From the NCBI RefSeq assembly GCF_009914755.1, contig NC_060933.1: a DNA stretch of 64,000 nt; one strand, given 5' to 3'. Each line of letters begins with the position of its first letter. Within the stretch, counting starts at the first letter, position 1. This DNA comes from the human T2T-CHM13v2.0 reference genome, Homo sapiens. The notes beneath the pieces are model-generated. The model was given only the letters and a program-made list of their open reading frames with translations. It did not search any database and had not been told where the DNA came from. The position numbers and the translations under genes are program-made. Positions 57,499 through 64,000 of the stretch are shown piece after piece.

Positions 57499-57800
57499 TG
57501 GCCAGGCACCCGCCTGTAATCCCAGGACTTTGGGAGGCCAAGGTGGGAGGATCCCTTAAGCCCAGGAGTGAGACCAGTAGCCTGGCCAACATGGCAAAAC
57601 CCCATCTCTACTAAAAATGGAAAAATTAGCTGGGCATGGTGGTGCATGTCTGTAGTCTCCGCTATGTGGGAGGCTCAGGTAGGAGGATCACCAGAGCCTG
57701 GGAGGCAAAGGCTGCAGTGAGTGGAGACTGTGCCACTGCACCCCAGGCTGGGTAACAGAGAAAGACCCTGTCTCAAAAAAAAAAGAAAGAAAAAAAAAAG
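57499..57800 (+). mobile_element. Alu (diverged)
   Basis: Alu dimer with A tail. Confidence 0.9.
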
Positions 57801-57807
57801 ACAAATG

Positions 57808-60800
57808 GTAAACAAGACACTTGTAGTATATTAAGAGCTTCACATTAAATATTCATCATTATACAGTGTGTCACATAGATTTGGAATGTTACAAGAGACT
57901 TCAGCAGTAGGTGGCTGGTTTAAGGCTCCTGGCAGGGATGCAAACAGCCCCAAGGAGGGAGGTGGAAAGGCCAAGGGGCACCTGTGTTCCAGGACCAAGG
58001 GGCTTGCCCTCCTGCAAGCGCGCCTGTGAACAAGTCCCCGTGGGGTTCTGGGAGGTGCGCCCACATCTAAGACTGTGCGCCCTGCACTCCCTCTGGATGG
58101 CTTGCCGAATTTGGTCTTCGCTGATCACCAATTCTGGAAGGGTGGAGAGACAGTTGGCTGGACAGCTGCCTGATTCGGCCATGACCCTTCACGGGTGTCT
58201 GTGGGCCAACACCAAACGCCAGCCTGCTCTGCTGGCAGGGCTTCTACCTGCACAGTCCCTAGGGCTGCAAGAGCAAATGGGGACCCTGGCTGCCGGTCCT
58301 TGCCAGGCCCTTGGTCAATGATATCACCACTTCTGAGACAGCGTCTGGGGAGCTACCGGAACTTCGTGTTCAGCATCTTACAAAGGGGGCCGCTGGTTCT
58401 GGGAATGGGCAGAGGGAGCCTGCAGCTCCACCCTGTTGACCGGACGCCTTGCGGGTAGCTGCTTCAGGTTTCCCTCCTGCTCACTCTCAGGCCACAGAGG
58501 GGCCCCGGCCCACAGCCGCCCTGTGAGGACAGGGCCTGCCTCCTGAAGCCTCGGAGTCTTTGCACCCCTTTCCTGGGAACAGCTACGCTGTGAGCCTCTC
58601 TCCAGGAGAGGGTGTCAGCCTGGGCCATTCTTCTGACTTCAGGACGGGACTGGCAGGCGGTGGGGCCCTCTTCCCCTACAAAGCCTCCTTTCTTTCTGTG
58701 GGCGCCATCCTGTTTGGGGGGCTGCCAGAAGGGCCCTTGACTCCTCAGCGCTCAAGGACAGAGTTGCTCAAGTGGGCAGGCATTATGGTCAATAATAAAG
58801 CCAGCAAAGAAGGGAGACACAGAAACAGCCGCTAGTGCTGGAGGTTCTCAGACAAAATGCCGAGGGCGCGACGTTGTGTGGCAGGAGCTTTTCTTTTCTC
58901 TCAAAGAAATCCAGCTCAATTTTTTCCCCAATTAATTGGCAGCAGATGAAAAAAAAAAAAAACAAACCCAAAACAAAAACCAAACCAAAGCCAGTAACCT
59001 GAATGTGAGTGTTTCTGAAAGGGAAAAGCTGTTTCAATTGTTAGATGTCCAAGAAAACATGAATACAGGCTGACACAGGAAACGGTCACAATTAGAGGAA
59101 GAAGAGGGAGAGGTTCATAAAATTAAGGGAAAAAAATTCTTTTCAGCAGCTCCCATCCTGTAAGCTGGCTCCTCTGCTGGCCTCTGTCCCTGAGAGGGGC
59201 AGGAGGTTGGGCCTCCCAGGGAAACTTCAGGAAGACGAAGGCCAGGGACAGAGGGAGGGTCCCAGGAATACCCTAAGAGGCCAAGTCAGGGCCAGAGGGC
59301 ACAGCTGCCAGCTTCCACTGAGACCCTCCCAGAGCCTTTTCTGAGGAGCAATGTGCCCGGGAAGATGGTCTACAGGGAAGGACCGTGAGGTGCGGCCCCA
59401 CCCAGCAGCCTCAGGAAGTGGCTGGACCTGAACTTGCCAGTGTGAGGTCTCACCCTCCTCCCCCGCCGGAGGGTTGTTCCCCCTCTTCCTCAGCCTCTCT
59501 TGGGCCTCCTCTGAGAATAAGCCTTGGGGTCCAGGCTCCTCTGTTTGGCCAAGTGCCAACTCCTCACTCATCTTGTCATTTCCCACCTACCTTCCCACTC
59601 CCCCAAAGGAAAGCACGAATCGTTCCAGGGTGTCCCTGCCTTCCTCCCTCATTGAGGGATGTTTTAGGAAATGCCAAACAGGCAAGGAAAGGATTGGCTT
59701 CTTTAAGAGATTAAACCCAGGCCACAGCCAGCGTGGTCTCTATGAGGGCTGGGCCACGTGGACGTGCCAGACAAGGCCTGGGAGGAAGACCCAAGAGGCA
59801 GACTGGTCACTAAAGGCGGGTCACCAAGGGCAGGGCTTTGCACAAACCGCTGAAGTCCACGCAGCTACCTAAAGGGGCAGGGCTCAGTCCCAGCTCGACA
59901 CGTGGCCTTGGCGAGTCCTCCTTCTCCGGGCCTGTGTCTCTGCATGTGAACAGTGAGCTGGAACCACCTCCAAACAGTCTCTAAAGACATGAGCAGCGCT
60001 GATGTCTGAACCTGCTGATGACGTTCAAACTCGGCCCCTTGTGCTCTGCCCAGGTGGGCCAGGGATGACAGTCGTCAAACTTCTAGTTCATTCAGACCAG
60101 CTGGTGCCTGGCGAAGGCTCTGGAACCCTTGTATCTCATTCAGGAGAGGGCAGCCACATCTTCATGCTACTGGGTGGGTGGAAAAAGCAGGAGAGCTGAG
60201 AAACTCTTAGCCTCATCGGGGCTGCCTGGCCTGTGTGGGAGGACCCTGCTATGGCAAGCAAGAGAGAGGTCGCGTGTGCGTGTGCGTGTGTAGGTGTTCT
60301 TGTGTGTGGAAGCAGTGTGGACCACTGAGGGCTGTGTGTGTGTGTGTGTGTGTGTGTAGGTGTTCTTGTGTGTGGAAGCAGTGTGGACCACTGAGGGCTG
60401 TGTGTGTGTGTGTGTGTGTGTGTGTAGGTGTTCTTGTGTGTGGAAGCAGTGTGGACCACTGAGGGCTCTATGTCCCTGGGAGGTCAGGATTCTCCCTCCT
60501 CCATGGGCAGGGTGACAGCAAGGCCATGCAGAACCAACGAAAGAGCATTGGCTGCAGAACCGCTCTGCTGCTGGTGAGCTGTGTGGCTTTGGGCAAATGA
60601 CGTTCCTTCTCTGTCTCCCTTTCCCTACATGCCAAATACCTCCCAGGTGGTGCTAACAGATAGTGGGGAGAGAGCCCTTTGTAGCCAGCTGGGTGCTGTG
60701 TCCAGGGGTTGGGGGGGTGTCAACACAGACGTCCCACTGCAGGAGGGAAAGACTGGTTTTTTGGTCAACACTGGAGGCTCCTGACTATGTCCACTGCTGA

Positions 60801-61731
60801 AGCCTGAACTCTGAGCTCTGGGTTGACTCCCAGAGTGCTACCGACTGCCTCAGCCCAGTTGTCAGAGCAGACGGCTCTTGTGTCCAGAGCTGCTGAGGGC
60901 TGGAGCTGAGGCCTCGGCCTCCCTCCCCTCCCTGGGGCCTGCCACAGCAGCAAGCCCAGAGGAGACACGCCTTGCTCTGGGAGTGAAACCAGAACTGCCC
61001 CCTCAGAGACCCTCTGCAGTATATCAAAAAAGGATAAGGCTATATATTAAATGACTATTTTATTTACACACCCTATTCATAAATAATTGAATCCTCTTTT
61101 TGACTGCACAATGATTCCTTGAAGATAGCCTAATGATTACACTGAGTGACTACAAGTAGATCAGTGGGCTTACCCATCTGTGTGTGACCACCTTCTCACA
61201 TCTGTACTCACACACACACTCACACAGACACACATATACACACCAGCGGGGCGGGAACCCCGGGGCCTCCGGGACTCTCAAAGCACCAGCATTTGGCTCC
61301 CAGCATCAGTAGGGGGGCTCCTGTGGGAAAACTTTGCCCTGTACAGAGGTGTGAATTTGAGACAGCTGGAGAACAAAGAGATGTCAGCCAGGGAGCTCCC
61401 GCCCCACCCTACCCCGCCCCTCGGAGCTGGTCTGCCTTTGTTCATCCTGGAAGGCATCTCTTTGGATTTGCAAATATTTTAATTCACAGAAACTCAAGGA
61501 GAGGGTGGGGGTGGGGGCTGGGGTGGTGTGTTGCCGCCCTTCTGTCTTTATCCAGGCCTTCTCCAGCCCCCGTAAGTGGCAACAGCATTCTAGAGACATG
61601 CAGTGGTGTGCTAGTACCATACACACAACACAAACGACACAGCCAGCAACAGTGGCTGGGCTGGTTGGTGGGGGGCCTCTGGCACCTCCAAGTCTCAGGC
61701 TCTGTCACAGAGCAGGGCAGGTCTGGTCCGC
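57808..61731 (-). other. SHB: SHB 3'UTR with proximal and distal polyA sites
   Basis: Follows the SHB stop and is Alu-free. AATAAA (minus) at 61059-61064; variant AATATA (minus) at 57827-57832 followed by a U-rich tract. The distal end is inferred. Confidence 0.65.
60271..60467. repeat. Three-copy 66-68 bp minisatellite containing (GT)n tracts
   Basis: Unit taggtgttcttgtgtgtggaagcagtgtggaccactgagggct at 60291, 60357 and 60425, separated by (gt)n. Confidence 0.95.
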
Positions 61732-61915
61732 TCACAGGGTCCTCACAGCCACGGGATAGAGGAGGGACAAGTGCTCAGCCCCTTTGATGGGTAGCTTTCT
61801 GGTGGTGTAGTAGTGGATGACTTCCGGGACACTGTCGAACGGAGGGCTGTTCTGACCCAGAACGTATTTCTCTTTGGTTTTGGCCAGTTTCATGTGCATA
61901 AAACCCTGGTTGCTC
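61732..61915 (-). CDS. SHB: SHB last coding exon (C-terminal half of the SH2 domain)
   Basis: Acceptor gttttgttcacag|G; translates SNQGFMHMKLAKTKEKYVLGQNSPPFDSVPEVIHYYTTRKLPIKGAEHLSLLYPVAVRTL*, an SH2 fold end. Confidence 0.95.
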
Positions 61916-62185
61916 CTGTGAACAAAACACAGAGTTATCAGAACTACCCCCCTGACACTCAGGCTGAGGCCAAGGGTCTCCTCAGCTGTCTGGGACAGAA
62001 GGGATCCCAGCCATGAAGTGGCTGTGAGCTGCACCTCTCCAAGCCAGGACCGAGGCCCAGGACCAGATGAAATGCAGCTGCACCCAAGCGCACCCCCAAT
62101 TCCGGCATCTGACCCGGAACCAGCAGCAGCCGCCACTGCTACAAGAGAGCATTCCAACACTGAGCGCTTCTAGGGACTTCTTCAG

Positions 62186-62251
62186 AAAAACAAAACAAAA
62201 CAAAACAAAACAAAACAAAACAAAACAAAACAAAACAAAACAAAACAAAAC
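62186..62251. repeat. (AAAAC)n pentanucleotide microsatellite in the last SHB intron
   Basis: About 13 perfect units. Confidence 0.96.
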
Positions 62252-64000
62252 TTAGTCCCTCTTTTCTATTACCAGTGCATATCCCTGTTTAAGCCTTGCC
62301 TGACAGGTGCAAAGTGTGTTCATGTCCCCAATGCCATGACAAGTGGGTAGGGCAGGGGTCATCACCCCCAGTTTCCAGAGGAGGAAACTGTGTGGCAGGG
62401 ATGGCAAGTGATCTGTCCTTCCCTTTCAGTAGTAGGAAACTGTCACTGGGAAGGGGCCACCCAGCCAGGGACTACATTTCCCAGCCTCCCTTGCAGGCAG
62501 TTAGCCATGTGACTTGGCTTAGCCACTGGAAGGTGGGCAGAAAGTCTGTACTACCTGCCCTTCTTTATAAACCCTGTCTCCTGCAAGGTCCAGCCTGTGT
62601 TGCCTCTGCTGGGTGGTTTTCCAGGCTCCCACAGGCAGAGCTCCTTCCTTCATCTGGTGGCACTGAGGACACGCATGCCTTCCTGAACTGTAGGTACTTA
62701 GCCACCATCCCGGCTCCTCTGAGCATGCCATGGAGCAGGGCCCAGTCTATGTCCACCATGCTTGGCTTCAGACCTGCTTGGGAGGAGCCACCTGAAGTCT
62801 GCTCAAGGAAAAGCAGTGGGTGGGTTTCTCAGAGATCAGAGCACACAGCCCTTGCAGCCTGCCTGCATCAGCTCACGAGGGCCAAAGCCACAGTCCTCCC
62901 ACCAGCATTTGCCTAGCCCCAGCAGACCTCTCCCAGCTCTCACCAGGGCTGCAGCCACACTGGATCCCTCACCCCTCCACCAGCCTGTCCTCTGCCTGCC
63001 CACTCAGTTCCACGCCTTTTATGATTCTACTGTGATTCTGCCACCAGACGTGTGGATGCTTTAGATTTTCCAAAGCACAGTCCACTTTATCGGGTGTCTG
63101 TCCCTTAGGTAGAAAGCTGGAGCTTCTGACAAATCACCTGCCCCCATCTCCACGGCCTCCAGCAGACTCCCCCAACCTGAGCTCCAAGCAGACTTGAAGG
63201 TTTGCAGCCTTTCCGCTCCAGCTCCGCCCCTAGCCGCTGTCGCTCCCACAGGGGCTCTCAGGGCTTGAACACATCTCTTCCAGTCAGGACTGGGCTTCCC
63301 AAGCTTACAAGTGCCCACTCTATTAACACCTTAATTTGGGCTCCAGGACCATTTTTAAATGGGCAGAACAAATGCTTAATGAAGTGCGAGCACTAAGCAA
63401 TATGTCTGCTCATAATAATGTATTTAGAGATGTCACCCTTAGCTTAAAGGAAATCGTTGGGAGAGCCAATTACATTTCAAGAGAGACTAATTCCTGTAAA
63501 GAACTGGAATTTAAATCAAGATTTTTTTTAAGGCTGGCAATGTTCTAATTACAGAGCCTGTGGCAAGTTCTGCTCCTCAGTGAAGGGTCATTTCATCGGA
63601 GAATTGCCTAGACACGTCTGAGAAGCAGGCGGCGCACTCGCTTAGGCTGCAGAAAGGAAACGGCATGTGTGTTACAAGAAGAATGTAAAACTCCATTCCA
63701 GCAAAGACTCACCTACCCACCACGCCGAAGAGACCACAGATCTGTGCCAGTTTGGAAAGGGCTGTGATTGCTTAAGTAATGCGCTGAAACTGTGTGGCTG
63801 AGAAAACAGCAGAAGAGTTAAAAAGCTGAGCTCTCAGAGCCACATGCCCAGCTTTGCCTGGAGAAGGGGTGTGGAAGGGCGAGAGAGCAGGGCTGGTAAG
63901 GAGGGGCTGCAGGTGCCAGGGACACTCAGCAGGGAGGAGGGTATGACCCTGGGCACATCATTCCCCTCTGCGTGCATGCACTGAGTGGCCTTACGTTTTT

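Noticed and set aside
60271-60467. Repeat-spacer pattern as a CRISPR-like array
   Set aside because: The spacers are simple GT repeats, the context is mammalian and there are no cas genes.
61916-62160. N-terminal extension of the 142-aa SHB ORF
   Set aside because: It is intronic, upstream of a clear acceptor at 61916, starts with TTG and has no SH2 similarity.
62296-62916. 206-aa plus-strand ORF in the SHB intron
   Set aside because: Non-ATG start, no domain, and part of it resembles decayed LTR-type sequence.

Overview
Human-type (primate) genomic DNA, very rich in Alu elements. I recognise it as the DCAF10 / SLC25A51 / SHB region. It contains the last two coding exons and long 3'UTR of DCAF10 (+), the whole SLC25A51 (MCART1) gene for the mitochondrial NAD+ carrier (-), and the last exon and 3'UTR of SHB (-). 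SLC25A51 has a CpG-island exon 1, a 122-nt non-coding exon 2 and one 297-aa coding exon. Two processed pseudogenes lie on the + strand, from PAICS and TMX2. There is also a 5'-truncated SVA with a 3' transduction, MER1B/MER5 DNA transposons, MLT1 LTRs, L1/L2 relics and about 40 Alus. Most ORF-track entries are Alu or GC-rich artefacts. No prokaryote-type systems (CRISPR, rRNA, tRNA) are present. The most interesting signal is that retroelements have rebuilt both untranslated ends of SLC25A51. At the 5' end, an exonised sense L1 ORF2 fragment creates a splice-dependent array of four uORFs. At the 3' end, a chimeric TMX2 retrocopy (Alu + tRNA-Lys PBS-like leader + TMX2 from the second exon on) sits antisense about 65 nt after the stop codon. 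Long SLC25A51 mRNAs would therefore be antisense to TMX2 and carry inverted Alus. Gene names and repeat subfamilies come from my recognition of the sequence, not from a database search. Functional claims are inferences.
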